Positions 35,131 to 43,708 of a DNA stretch of 64,000 nt are shown piece by piece. The notes under the pieces are model-generated. The model was not told the DNA's origin and did not search any database. It worked only from the letters and a program-made list of their open reading frames with translations. Each line of letters opens with the position of its first letter. Positions within the stretch are counted from its first letter, which is position 1. A program made the position numbers and the translations under genes. The stretch comes from Caulobacteraceae bacterium. Lineage in GTDB: Bacteria > Pseudomonadota > Alphaproteobacteria > Caulobacterales > Caulobacteraceae. The stretch is taken from positions 10,539 to 74,538 of the forward strand of contig DASXOP010000057.1 in the NCBI GenBank assembly GCA_036494265.1, given 5' to 3'.

Positions 35131-35523
35131 ATGCCATGCGCTCTGGTGGTCGATGACCACTTTCACAACGTCAAACTGCTCGAAGCACAACTAATGATCG
35201 CCTCGTTCGACGTGATGACCGCCCTCAGCGGCGAGGAAGCGCTGTCGAAACTGGAAGAGCGTAAGCCCGACATCATCCTGCTCGACATCATGATGCCCAA
35301 CATGGACGGCTTCGAGGTCTGCCGCCGTGTCCGCGCCAACCCTGAGACAGCTGACATCCCGGTCGTCATGGTCACAGCGCTCGACAAGCAGATCGACCGG
35401 GTGATGGCCAGCGACGTTGGCGCCGATGAGTTCTTCACCAAGCCGGTCGAGGACCACCTGCTGATGCAGGCCATTCGGCTGCTGATCAAGAAAAAGGACG
35501 CGCCCTCGGCGGCGGCGTCCTAG
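35131..35523 (+). CDS. Single-domain response regulator (receiver only, PleD-D1-like)
   Basis: It has the acidic pair VVDD, the phospho-acceptor Asp in DIILLDIMMPNMDG, the conserved T in VMVTA and the conserved K in FFTKP. There is no output domain. Confidence 0.93.
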   Translation: MPCALVVDDHFHNVKLLEAQLMIASFDVMTALSGEEALSKLEERKPDIILLDIMMPNMDGFEVCRRVRANPETADIPVVMVTALDKQIDRVMASDVGADEFFTKPVEDHLLMQAIRLLIKKKDAPSAAAS

Positions 35524-35607
35524 CGCCGTCGGCCAGAACATGCGACCGGCGATTTCCGCCGTTTCGTTTAACCATATCTACGGTGATGGCGCGGTAGCCT
35601 AAGTCCG

Positions 35608-36516
35608 ATGTTCACGCTGCATCATCAGACGCGCGGCAAACCTTCGCCTCTGGCCCGGTATTCGGAGACCTTGGGCGAGCTGATGCTGCGTCGGCATACC
35701 GAGCTGGCCATGCTGGCTGCCAACGCCGAGTCCGAGCTCGCCAACCGCGCCAAATCCGCGCTCCTCGGCACCATGAGCCACGAGCTCAGAACGCCGCTCA
35801 ACGCCATCATCGGCTTCTCCGACCTGATCAAGCAGATGAAGTCCGACGACGAGACCGCCGCCAAGAGCGCGGAGTACGCGGTCTACATTTCCGACGCCGG
35901 TCGCCACCTACTGGCCGTGGTGTCGGACATCCTCGACATCTCGAAAATCGAGAGCGGCACGTTCGCGCTCGATCTGGAATTTTGCTCGATCGCCCAGCTG
36001 ATCGGCGAGTCGCTGCCGCTGGTGTCCGGCCGCATCGAGGAGAAGGCGCAGCGGCTCGAAGTGCGCATCGAGCGCAACATCCCGAAGCTCAACGTCGATG
36101 GCCGCCGGATCAAGCAGATCATCATCAACCTGCTCTCCAACGCCTGTAAGTTCACCCAGACCGAAGGCCGCATCCTGCTGGTCGCCCGCGCCAACAAGGA
36201 TGGCGGCGCGACGGTGGCGGTGGTCGACGACGGCATCGGCATGTCGCAGGACCAGATCGCCGTGGCGCTGACCGCCTTCGGCCAGGTGCAGTCGTACCTG
36301 TCGCGCACTGAGGAAGGCACCGGGCTCGGGCTGCCGATCGCCCGTGGTTTGGCGCGCCAACATGGCGGCGATCTCTATGTCGAGAGCGAGCCGGGCGAGG
36401 GGACGACCGTGGTGCTCACCCTGCCGGGCCCCCGCGCCGACGCTCAAGGCGCCGCGACGGCGGGTGGAGGTGAGCGACGCAAGCCCCGGCGTCCAGCGCA
36501 CTCTGTGAAGGAGTGA
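35608..36516 (+). CDS. Soluble histidine kinase (HisKA plus HATPase_c) without a recognisable sensor domain
   Basis: The motifs are H-box MSHELRTPLNAI, N-box IIINLLSNACKF, G1 VDDGIGM and G2 GTGLGLPI. Only about 50 aa precede the H-box, and there is no TM helix. Confidence 0.92.
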   Translation: MFTLHHQTRGKPSPLARYSETLGELMLRRHTELAMLAANAESELANRAKSALLGTMSHELRTPLNAIIGFSDLIKQMKSDDETAAKSAEYAVYISDAGRHLLAVVSDILDISKIESGTFALDLEFCSIAQLIGESLPLVSGRIEEKAQRLEVRIERNIPKLNVDGRRIKQIIINLLSNACKFTQTEGRILLVARANKDGGATVAVVDDGIGMSQDQIAVALTAFGQVQSYLSRTEEGTGLGLPIARGLARQHGGDLYVESEPGEGTTVVLTLPGPRADAQGAATAGGGERRKPRRPAHSVKE

Positions 36517-36520
36517 TCCG

Positions 36521-38242
36521 GTGAACCAACCCCTCAGGGAGCCGCCGATCATCGCCCACTCGGTCGCGACGCCACCCGACGTCGACGATCGGGTGCGGAT
36601 CGGCCATGTGGTCTCGGTGTCCGGCTCGCACGTCGTCGCCGTGCTCGAGCGCCCCGAAGACCCCGAAGCGCGAGAGGCGGCGCCCCGAGTGCAGGTCGGC
36701 GGCGTGGTCCGCGTCCAGACGCCGGCGTCGGCGGTGGTGGGCGTAATTTCGGCAATCAGCGCGCCGATGCCGGAAATGGCCGGCAAGCGCTACGACATCG
36801 GCCTCATCGAAGTGAACCTGACCGGGCAGATCGTCGAACAGAGCGGTGAGCCGGTGTTCCGCCAGGGCGTGACCTCGCTGCCCAGCCTCGGCGACGGGGT
36901 GCTGATGGCCGACCGGCAAGACCTCAACTGCATCTTCGCGCCGCCGAACACCAACAGCATCAAGATTGGGACGTTGTCGCAGGACAGCGCGGTGCCCGCG
37001 CGGTTGATGACCGACGATCTGCTGCGCAAGCACTTCATCGTCGTCGGCAGCACGGGCTCGGGCAAATCCTGCGCCCTGACCTGCATCCTGCAGCGGCTGC
37101 TGGAGGCGAAGAAGAGCGCCCACGTCGTCATCCTCGACGTTCACAACGAATATGCCACCGCGTTCGGCGACCTGGTCGAGCGGATCACGCTGAACGAGTT
37201 CAACCTGCCGCTCTGGATGCTCAACTTCCGTGAGCTTTGCGCGGCGCTGACGAGCGACGACGGCGGCGACGACGAGGTGGAAATCCTCAACGACGGCATC
37301 CTCTTCGCCAAGAAACGCTACGCCGAGGCCGCCGCCGGCCGCGCCTCGCTGCTCACCCGCCGCGCCGACAACATGATCATCACCGCTGACACGCCCGCGC
37401 CGTTCCGCGTGTCGGATATCATCGGCTTCATCCAGAACGAGCTCGGCAAGCTCGAGCGCACCCACATGATCGCGCCCTATCGCCGGCTGAAGGCACGGCT
37501 GGAGATGCTGGCGGTCGACCAGCGCTACAATTTCATGTTCGGCAGCCTCACGGTCGAGGACACCATGACCGACGTGCTGGGGCGCCTCTTCCGCATCCCC
37601 AACGACGGGCGGCCGATCAGCGTGATCGATCTTTCGACCGTGCCGCACGAGATCCTCGACGTGGTGATCTCGGTGATCTCGCGGCTGGCGTTCGATCTGG
37701 CGGTCTGGAGCAAGGGCGGCCTGCCCATGCTGATCGTCTGCGAAGAGGCGCACCGCTACGTGCCGGCCGATGGCGACGACAAGTTCATCCCCACCCGCAC
37801 GGCGCTTGGCCGCATCGCCAAGGAGGGCCGCAAGTACGGTATCTCGCTGGCGCTGGTGACGCAGCGACCGTCGGAGCTCGACGCCACCATCCTCTCGCAA
37901 TGCAGCACCGCCATCGCGCTCCGGCTCTCGAGTGAGAAAGACCAGCAGGTTATCCGCGGCAGCACCTACGAGGGCGCCGTCGATCTGATCGACTTCCTGC
38001 CGCTGCTTGCCGACCGCGAGGCGATCGTGCTCGGCCAAGCGACGGCGATGCCGATGCGGATCATGATCGACGACCTGCGCGGCGGCGACCTGCCGCAATA
38101 CCGCGCGCCGGGTCTGGCCGAGACGCCCGACACCGGCCCGATGGACCGCCGCGCCCTCGACGCGATCGTCTCCCGCTGGCGCACCACCGGCCGCGACCGC
38201 GCCCCGGAACCACCGCCGCAGCCCGGACCGCTGCCGGTTTAG
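36521..38242 (+). CDS. HerA/FtsK-clade ATPase (DUF87 / HerA-like)
   Basis: It has a beta-barrel-like N-terminus (IGHVVSVSGSHVVAVLE...VGGVVRVQ...VVGVISAI). The motifs are Walker A VVGSTGSGKSC, Walker B MLIVCEEAHRYVP, and GRKYGISLALVTQRPSELD. The GTG start lies 4 nt after the kinase stop. Confidence 0.88.
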   Translation: MNQPLREPPIIAHSVATPPDVDDRVRIGHVVSVSGSHVVAVLERPEDPEAREAAPRVQVGGVVRVQTPASAVVGVISAISAPMPEMAGKRYDIGLIEVNLTGQIVEQSGEPVFRQGVTSLPSLGDGVLMADRQDLNCIFAPPNTNSIKIGTLSQDSAVPARLMTDDLLRKHFIVVGSTGSGKSCALTCILQRLLEAKKSAHVVILDVHNEYATAFGDLVERITLNEFNLPLWMLNFRELCAALTSDDGGDDEVEILNDGILFAKKRYAEAAAGRASLLTRRADNMIITADTPAPFRVSDIIGFIQNELGKLERTHMIAPYRRLKARLEMLAVDQRYNFMFGSLTVEDTMTDVLGRLFRIPNDGRPISVIDLSTVPHEILDVVISVISRLAFDLAVWSKGGLPMLIVCEEAHRYVPADGDDKFIPTRTALGRIAKEGRKYGISLALVTQRPSELDATILSQCSTAIALRLSSEKDQQVIRGSTYEGAVDLIDFLPLLADREAIVLGQATAMPMRIMIDDLRGGDLPQYRAPGLAETPDTGPMDRRALDAIVSRWRTTGRDRAPEPPPQPGPLPV

Positions 38243-38253
38243 ACAAGAAGTAT

Positions 38254-38430
38254 CCCTCTCCCCGCCTGCGGGGAGAGGCCAGGTGAGGGGGCTCGGCGCG
38301 AAGCGCCGAGCGCGCGGCAGCGCCACTGACGCCTACGGCGCCAGCTCATCGCCTCCGGCGACGAGCCCCCTCACCCGTCCGACCGCTGCGCGCTCGGCTG
38401 ACCTCTCCCCTCTCTTCGGGGGGAGAGGGA
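38254..38430. repeat. Palindromic intergenic element (CCCTCTCCCC hairpins plus GGTCAGC)
   Basis: ccctctccccgcctgcggggagaggccaggtgagggggctcg on the left pairs with gagccccctcaccc ... gctgacctctcccctctcttcggggggagaggg on the right. It closes the herA-like gene. Confidence 0.6.
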
Positions 38431-38439
38431 TAAGCGGGG

Positions 38440-39477
38440 CTATGCCGCCGCCCGTGGCACCGAGGCGGCGCGGATATCCCGAGGCGTCTGGGCTTCGGCG
38501 CCTAGCGCGCCAATCACCGCCTGCGACTCATAGGGCGCCTCCAGCGCGGCGATCTCGTCGGCGCTGAGCGGGCTTTCGACCGCGGCGAGCGGCGCGTCGA
38601 GGTGGTGGGCCTTGGTCACCCCCAGGATCGGCGCAGTGACCGCGGGTTTCGACAGCATCCAGGCGAGGGCGACCTGGGCCGGCGGCTCGCCGCGTTCTGC
38701 CGCCACCTTGTCGAGCGCTTCCAGCACCGCCTGGTCGGCCGGCCGGTTGAAGCGCGCGTCGGCGCCGGCGGACTTCGAGCGCGTGGTGCCCGCCTTGCGG
38801 TTGCCGGCGAGCACCCCGCCCGCCAACGGGCTCCAGGGGATCAGGCCGACGCCTTCCTCGAGGCACAGCGGGTTCATCTCGCGCTCTTCCTCCCGGTAGA
38901 GCAGGTTGTAGTGGTTCTGCATCATCGAGAACCGGGTCGCGCCCTTGTGGTCGGCGCGGTGCAGGTACTTGGAGAACTGGTAGGCGAACATCGAGCTGGC
39001 GCCGATGTAGAGCGCCTTGCCGGACTTCACGACCTCGTCCAGCGCCTCGATCGTCTCCTCCATCGGCGTGTGATAGTCGAACCGGTGGATCTGATAGAGG
39101 TCGACGTAGTCCATCTGCAGGCGCTGCAGGCTGGCGTCGATCGACTGCATGATGTGCTTGCGCGAGAGGCCGCCGCGGTTCGGCCCGCGCCCCATCGGAA
39201 TGAACACCTTGGTGGCGACGACGCTCTCGTCGCGCCGTACCGCGAGCTCCTTCAGGCCGCGCCCGAGGATCTCCTCGCTCTGGCCGCGCGAATAGACGTC
39301 GGCGGTGTCGAAGAAGTTGATCCCGGCTTCCACCGCCTTGCGCATGATCGGCAGGCTGGCGTCTTCGTTGAGGGTCCAGTCGGCCATGCCGCCAAAGCTC
39401 ATGCAGCCGAGGCACAGCTTCGAGACCTGGGTCCCGGTCGATCCCATCCGCACATACTTCATGGTCGTCTCTCCCAC
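38440..39477 (-). CDS. Aldo/keto reductase
   Basis: MKYVRMGSTGTQVSKLCLGCMSFGG...INFFDTADVYSRGQSEEILG is the typical AKR N-terminus. The alternative start is the ATG at 39462. Confidence 0.92.
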   Translation of the reverse strand: MGETTMKYVRMGSTGTQVSKLCLGCMSFGGMADWTLNEDASLPIMRKAVEAGINFFDTADVYSRGQSEEILGRGLKELAVRRDESVVATKVFIPMGRGPNRGGLSRKHIMQSIDASLQRLQMDYVDLYQIHRFDYHTPMEETIEALDEVVKSGKALYIGASSMFAYQFSKYLHRADHKGATRFSMMQNHYNLLYREEEREMNPLCLEEGVGLIPWSPLAGGVLAGNRKAGTTRSKSAGADARFNRPADQAVLEALDKVAAERGEPPAQVALAWMLSKPAVTAPILGVTKAHHLDAPLAAVESPLSADEIAALEAPYESQAVIGALGAEAQTPRDIRAASVPRAAA

Positions 39478-39625
39478 GCTTCTTCAGGTTGGTTGGCGGT
39501 CGCTTAGCATTCAGGCGGCGGGGCCGGCCATCCACGGTTTCTGACGCCGCAGCGGAAGCCCGAAACGCGCGACGCCAGGGCCTCCATCTGGTAGGCCGTC
39601 CGACGCCAAAAGATGGAGGAACGCC

Positions 39626-41095
39626 ATGAACGTCGCCGAGGCCGTCAAGCTCATCAACATCAAGCACCTCGACAAGCTCTACATCGGCGGCGACTGGGTG
39701 ACGCCGTCCAGCGACGGCAAGATCGACGTCGTCTCGCCGGTGACTGAGGAGGTGATCTTCAGCGTCGCCGAAGCGCGCGAGCCGGACATGGACCGGGCGG
39801 TCGCCGCCGCCAGAGAGGCGTTCGACAAAGGTCCCTGGCCACGCCTGACCCACGGCGAGCGCGCCGGCTGGATGATCAAGCTCGGCGAAGCGCTGAAGGC
39901 GCGCAACGAAGAGCTCGGCCACGTCTGGACCAACCAGATCGGCGCCCTGCACTCGATCACCCGCAACTCTGGCAACGCCTCGGGCGGCACGTTCGCCCGC
40001 TATGCCGCCATGGCCGACACCTTCGAGTGGGAAGAGCCGCACACGCCAGGCGACAACCACGGTCGGGCGATGATCGTGCGCGAACCGGTCGGCGTCTGCG
40101 CCGCGGTGGTGCCGTGGAACAATCCGCTTGGCCTCGCCTGCGGCAAGCTCGCGCCTGGCTTCCTCGCCGGCTGCACCTTCGTGCTGAAGGCCTCGCCGGA
40201 GACGCCGCTCGATGCCTACATCCTCGCCGAAGCCGCCGAGTCCATCGGCCTGCCAGCCGGCGTGCTGAATGTGGTCGCCGCCCACCGCCCCGCCTCCGAG
40301 CACCTGATCCGCAACCCCGGCATCGACAAGGTTGCTTTCACCGGCTCGTCGGCGGCCGGCAAGCGCATCGCCTCGATCCTGGGCGAACGGATGGCGCGCT
40401 ACACCATGGAACTCGGCGGCAAGTCGGCGGCGATCGTGCTCGACGACTTTGGCACCGACGAGGCGGTGGCCAACCTCACCGGCAGCCTCTGCCGCCTCAG
40501 CGGCCAGGTCTGCGCGGCGCTGACCCGGGTGATCGTGCCGCGCGAGCGCCACGACGACTTCGTCGACAGCTTCTCGGCGGCGATGGCCAAGGTCCAACCC
40601 GGCGATCCCTACGACGCGGCCTCCAGCTACGGGCCGCTGGCGATGGAGCGCCAGTTGGAGCGGGTGCAGGGCTACATCGCCAAGGGCAAGGAAGAGGGCG
40701 CGCGGCTGGTCTATGGCGGCGGCCGTCCAGCGGGTCTCAACCGCGGCTACTATTTCGAGCCAACCCTCTTCGCCAACGTCGACAACAACATGGTGATCGC
40801 CCAGGAGGAGATCTTCGGCCCGGTGATCAGCCTGATCCCGTGTGATGGCGAGGAAGACGCGATCCGGATTGCCAACGAGACCGTCTACGGTCTCAACGGC
40901 GCGGTGCTCACCCACGACAACCAGCGCGCCTACAACGTCGCCCGCCAGGTCCGCGCCGGTAATGTCTCGCAGGGCCGCATGCGCATCGACTTCTCGATCG
41001 CGTTTGGTGGCTACAAGCAGTCGGGCGTCGGCCGCGAGGGTGGCCGGGAGGGCCTGCTGCCCTACCTCGAACCCAAGACGTTGATGCTGGACTGA
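39626..41095 (+). CDS. NAD(P)-dependent aldehyde dehydrogenase
   Basis: It has VAFTGSSAAGKRI, MELGGKSAAIV and the catalytic Cys region GQVCAALTRVIV. Confidence 0.94.
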   Translation: MNVAEAVKLINIKHLDKLYIGGDWVTPSSDGKIDVVSPVTEEVIFSVAEAREPDMDRAVAAAREAFDKGPWPRLTHGERAGWMIKLGEALKARNEELGHVWTNQIGALHSITRNSGNASGGTFARYAAMADTFEWEEPHTPGDNHGRAMIVREPVGVCAAVVPWNNPLGLACGKLAPGFLAGCTFVLKASPETPLDAYILAEAAESIGLPAGVLNVVAAHRPASEHLIRNPGIDKVAFTGSSAAGKRIASILGERMARYTMELGGKSAAIVLDDFGTDEAVANLTGSLCRLSGQVCAALTRVIVPRERHDDFVDSFSAAMAKVQPGDPYDAASSYGPLAMERQLERVQGYIAKGKEEGARLVYGGGRPAGLNRGYYFEPTLFANVDNNMVIAQEEIFGPVISLIPCDGEEDAIRIANETVYGLNGAVLTHDNQRAYNVARQVRAGNVSQGRMRIDFSIAFGGYKQSGVGREGGREGLLPYLEPKTLMLD

Positions 41096-41104
41096 CTTGA
41101 GTCG

Positions 41105-41297
41105 CTCTTCCCCGCGAAAGCGGGGACCCAGGTTTTTGACCACGAACCTCACGAACCCCACGAACGGTTCGGCGCCAACCCTAGATTGGTCTGATCTTGT
41201 TCGTGAAGTTCGTGAGGTTCGTGGTCATGTCTTGAACTCATCCGACCTAGCGACCCTCTCGGAAAAACGCCTGGGTCCCCGCTTTCGCGGGGAAGAG
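41105..41297. mobile_element. MITE-like palindromic element (same family as 25802-26028)
   Basis: The ends are ctcttccccgcgaaagcggggacccagg and cctgggtccccgctttcgcggggaagag. The internal mirrored blocks are gaccacgaacctcacgaaccccacgaac and gttcgtgaagttcgtgaggttcgtggtc. Confidence 0.7.
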
Positions 41298-41308
41298 CGG
41301 GTTGGGTG

Positions 41309-43699
41309 CTATCCCGGCGTCAGATCGAGTTCGTCCCGCGCTGCGGCCGCCACGGCCGCGTCGGAGAACGCCAGGGGGAAGTAGTCGCCGGCGGCCCAGA
41401 GTGGGAAGAGGTCGCGGTAGTGGGCGCTGTAAGGGTCGCCGGACTGCCCGGGCATATTGACGGCGACGCTCTTGTCCCAGTCGCCGACGTCCATATCGAG
41501 CCGCACCGAAGCGCCGGAGATCGCCTGGTAGGTCATCGGGTTCCAGGTCGCCGCCGCCGGAGTCGAGGCCGAGCCGCGCACCTCCAGCGGACCCACGGTC
41601 AGCTGCCGCGCCAGCTCGGCGTCCGCGACGGCGGCCGCGGCGGGCGCGAAGAGCGCGTGGTGCATCGCTCCCCAACGCCACTGAGTCGGATCGGGGCCGA
41701 GCTTGCCACGCACCACCTTCACCGCGTCGCTCAGGCTGGAAAGCAGCACCTGATCGCGCGTCGGCCCAACGCTCTCTCCAGCTTCAAGGAAGCTCACCGC
41801 CGCATCGAGCGTGCCGCCGGCGAGGTTGGGCGGCGCCTTGGGCGCGTAAGCCGCGAAGAGTGCCGGGGTCAGGTGTTTCAGCACCCACTCCTCGTAGACC
41901 GCCGCCGCCGCGCTGCCGACGGTCTCGCGGCAGTCCCAATCCTTGATCAGCGAGAGCCCTAGCGCCGCGTCGGCGTCGGCCGAGGTCAACGGCGTCAGCA
42001 CCGCTTTCAACCGGCAGGCCTCGGGGCTGGTCGGGTCCATCTGCAGCGCCATCGAGTCGGCCAGGCTGACGTGGCCGTTGGCCGCCAGCACCTGATTGAT
42101 GCGAGTGATCCGGGATGGGTCGGACCACTCGAACCCGACCTTGCGCTCGGCCACTGGATAGCCGGCCGGCAGGTTCATCTCGTTGGCCGAGGCGAACCAG
42201 CCTTCCGCTGGGTTGTGCGCGCTGGGAAGCTGGCTCGCGGTGAGGAACCCCTTCCACTCGTAGCGCCCGTCGCCCGGGACCGGCAGCAGCCCGTCCCAGT
42301 TCGGCCGGATCGGCGCGCGGCCGGCGGCGATCCAGCCGATGTCGCCGGCGATGGAGGCGAAGATCATGTTCTCCGACGGCGCGCCCCACTGGCTCATGTC
42401 GCCGTAGAAGGTCGGCCAGTCCTTGGCGTCGTCGTACTCGATCGAGCCGAAGTAGGCGCTGGTGCCCGGCTGGGCCCAGACTGAGCGGATTGCATAGGCG
42501 TGCTTGCCGTCGTCGGAGATCTTCAGCACCGGGCCGTGGCGGGTGAACAGCAGCTCGGCGCCCTGCGCCGCCTCGCCCTTCACCGCGATGGTCTCGTGGA
42601 CCGCGGTCATGTCCTCCCAGCGCCCGCCGTAGCGGTACTGGCGCGGGTTGGCCGGGTTGAGATCGTAGACGTAGAGGTCTTCCTGATCGATCGCGAAGAT
42701 GGTCAGGCCGAAGGCGATCTGCGCGTTGTGGCCGACGGATACCCCTGGCAGCGCCGGTTCGCCCGCGCCGATCACGTCGAGCCCCGGGGCCTTCAGGTGC
42801 ACGACGTAGCGCAGCGAGGGCACGCCTAGCGTTCGATGCGGATCGTTGGCCAGGATCGGCCGGCCGGTCGAGGTGCGTGCGGCTGAGATCACCCAGTTGT
42901 TGGAACCCTCCGCCGTCGCGCGGTCCTCCATCTCGGCGAGGCGGCTGTCGTCCGCCTCGGCGACCATCGGCGCCGCGCCATGGAAAGCCACGTCGCGCGT
43001 GCCTAGCTCGTAGTCCTTCAGCACGTCTGCCGGGACAGCGCACGGATCGAGGCCGGCCGGGATTTTGGTGGTCCACGGCGGCTCCAGCTTATGGCGCAAG
43101 GTGTCGGCGGCGAGGCCGGCGGTGCAGGCCACCTTCGCCCGTTCGACCTCGGAGGTGGCGTTGCGGGTGAGAGCGTGGCTGCGGATGCGGACCACGTCCT
43201 CGGGCGCCCAGAGGTCGGGCTGGCTGGCGGTCAGCTTGAACTCGACCGGCAGCGGCAGGCGTCCGGTCCGCACCCCTGTCACATAGGCGTCGACACCGGC
43301 GACGAACGCCTCGGCCCGCGACTTCGCTTTCGACCCATAGGCCGCCCACTCGGCCGCCATGTCGCCGCGATAGAGGAAGAGGCGGGCGGCGCGGTCCTGG
43401 GCGACGTAGGCCGGTCCGAAACTGGCCGACAGCAGGCCCAAGCCCCGCTTGCGCCAAAGGTCGATCTGCCAGAGCCGGTCGCGCGACGCGTTCCAGCCTT
43501 GCAGGAAGAAGGCGTCACGCTCGGACGCCGCCTGTATGTGCGGCACGCCCCACTGGTCGATCAGGATCTTGGCAGGGCTCTGCAGGCCCGGCACGGTGAG
43601 CTGCGTGCGGCGCACCGCGCTGGAAGGATCGGCGTCGGCCGGCGAGCAGAGCCCTGCCGCCAGGGCGAGCGCGGTCAGCGCCGCGAGTGTCTTCCCCAT
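41309..43699 (-). CDS. Secreted penicillin-acylase-family Ntn hydrolase
   Basis: It has the signal peptide MGKTLAALTALALAAGLCSPADA. The beta-subunit N-terminal nucleophile context is EGSNNWVISAARTSTGRPILANDPH. Its length of 796 aa fits the family. Confidence 0.92.
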   Translation of the reverse strand: MGKTLAALTALALAAGLCSPADADPSSAVRRTQLTVPGLQSPAKILIDQWGVPHIQAASERDAFFLQGWNASRDRLWQIDLWRKRGLGLLSASFGPAYVAQDRAARLFLYRGDMAAEWAAYGSKAKSRAEAFVAGVDAYVTGVRTGRLPLPVEFKLTASQPDLWAPEDVVRIRSHALTRNATSEVERAKVACTAGLAADTLRHKLEPPWTTKIPAGLDPCAVPADVLKDYELGTRDVAFHGAAPMVAEADDSRLAEMEDRATAEGSNNWVISAARTSTGRPILANDPHRTLGVPSLRYVVHLKAPGLDVIGAGEPALPGVSVGHNAQIAFGLTIFAIDQEDLYVYDLNPANPRQYRYGGRWEDMTAVHETIAVKGEAAQGAELLFTRHGPVLKISDDGKHAYAIRSVWAQPGTSAYFGSIEYDDAKDWPTFYGDMSQWGAPSENMIFASIAGDIGWIAAGRAPIRPNWDGLLPVPGDGRYEWKGFLTASQLPSAHNPAEGWFASANEMNLPAGYPVAERKVGFEWSDPSRITRINQVLAANGHVSLADSMALQMDPTSPEACRLKAVLTPLTSADADAALGLSLIKDWDCRETVGSAAAAVYEEWVLKHLTPALFAAYAPKAPPNLAGGTLDAAVSFLEAGESVGPTRDQVLLSSLSDAVKVVRGKLGPDPTQWRWGAMHHALFAPAAAAVADAELARQLTVGPLEVRGSASTPAAATWNPMTYQAISGASVRLDMDVGDWDKSVAVNMPGQSGDPYSAHYRDLFPLWAAGDYFPLAFSDAAVAAAARDELDLTPG

Positions 43700-43708
43700 G
43701 ATCTCCCC

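Noticed and set aside
36521-38242. Calling the HerA-like gene a known anti-phage system (Sir2-HerA or DUF4297-HerA type)
   Set aside because: Those systems need an adjacent Sir2 or DUF4297 effector gene, and none is present. Only the unusual linkage to a kinase and receiver is reported.
36416-38326. 636-aa minus-strand ORF opposite the HerA-like gene
   Set aside because: The plus-strand frame carries Walker A/B and conserved HerA blocks. The minus frame is a Arg/Gly/Asp-rich shadow.
38528-41161. 877-aa minus-strand ORF, the longest in the track
   Set aside because: It lies antisense to the aldehyde dehydrogenase and out of frame across the aldo-keto reductase. Both of those genes carry clear family motifs. 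The ORF itself has shadow-ORF composition and no motifs.
41309-43699. Penicillin acylase as a beta-lactam resistance gene
   Set aside because: Membership of the family does not imply beta-lactam resistance. Members act on diverse N-acyl substrates, including AHLs and siderophore precursors. Nothing in the sequence decides the substrate.
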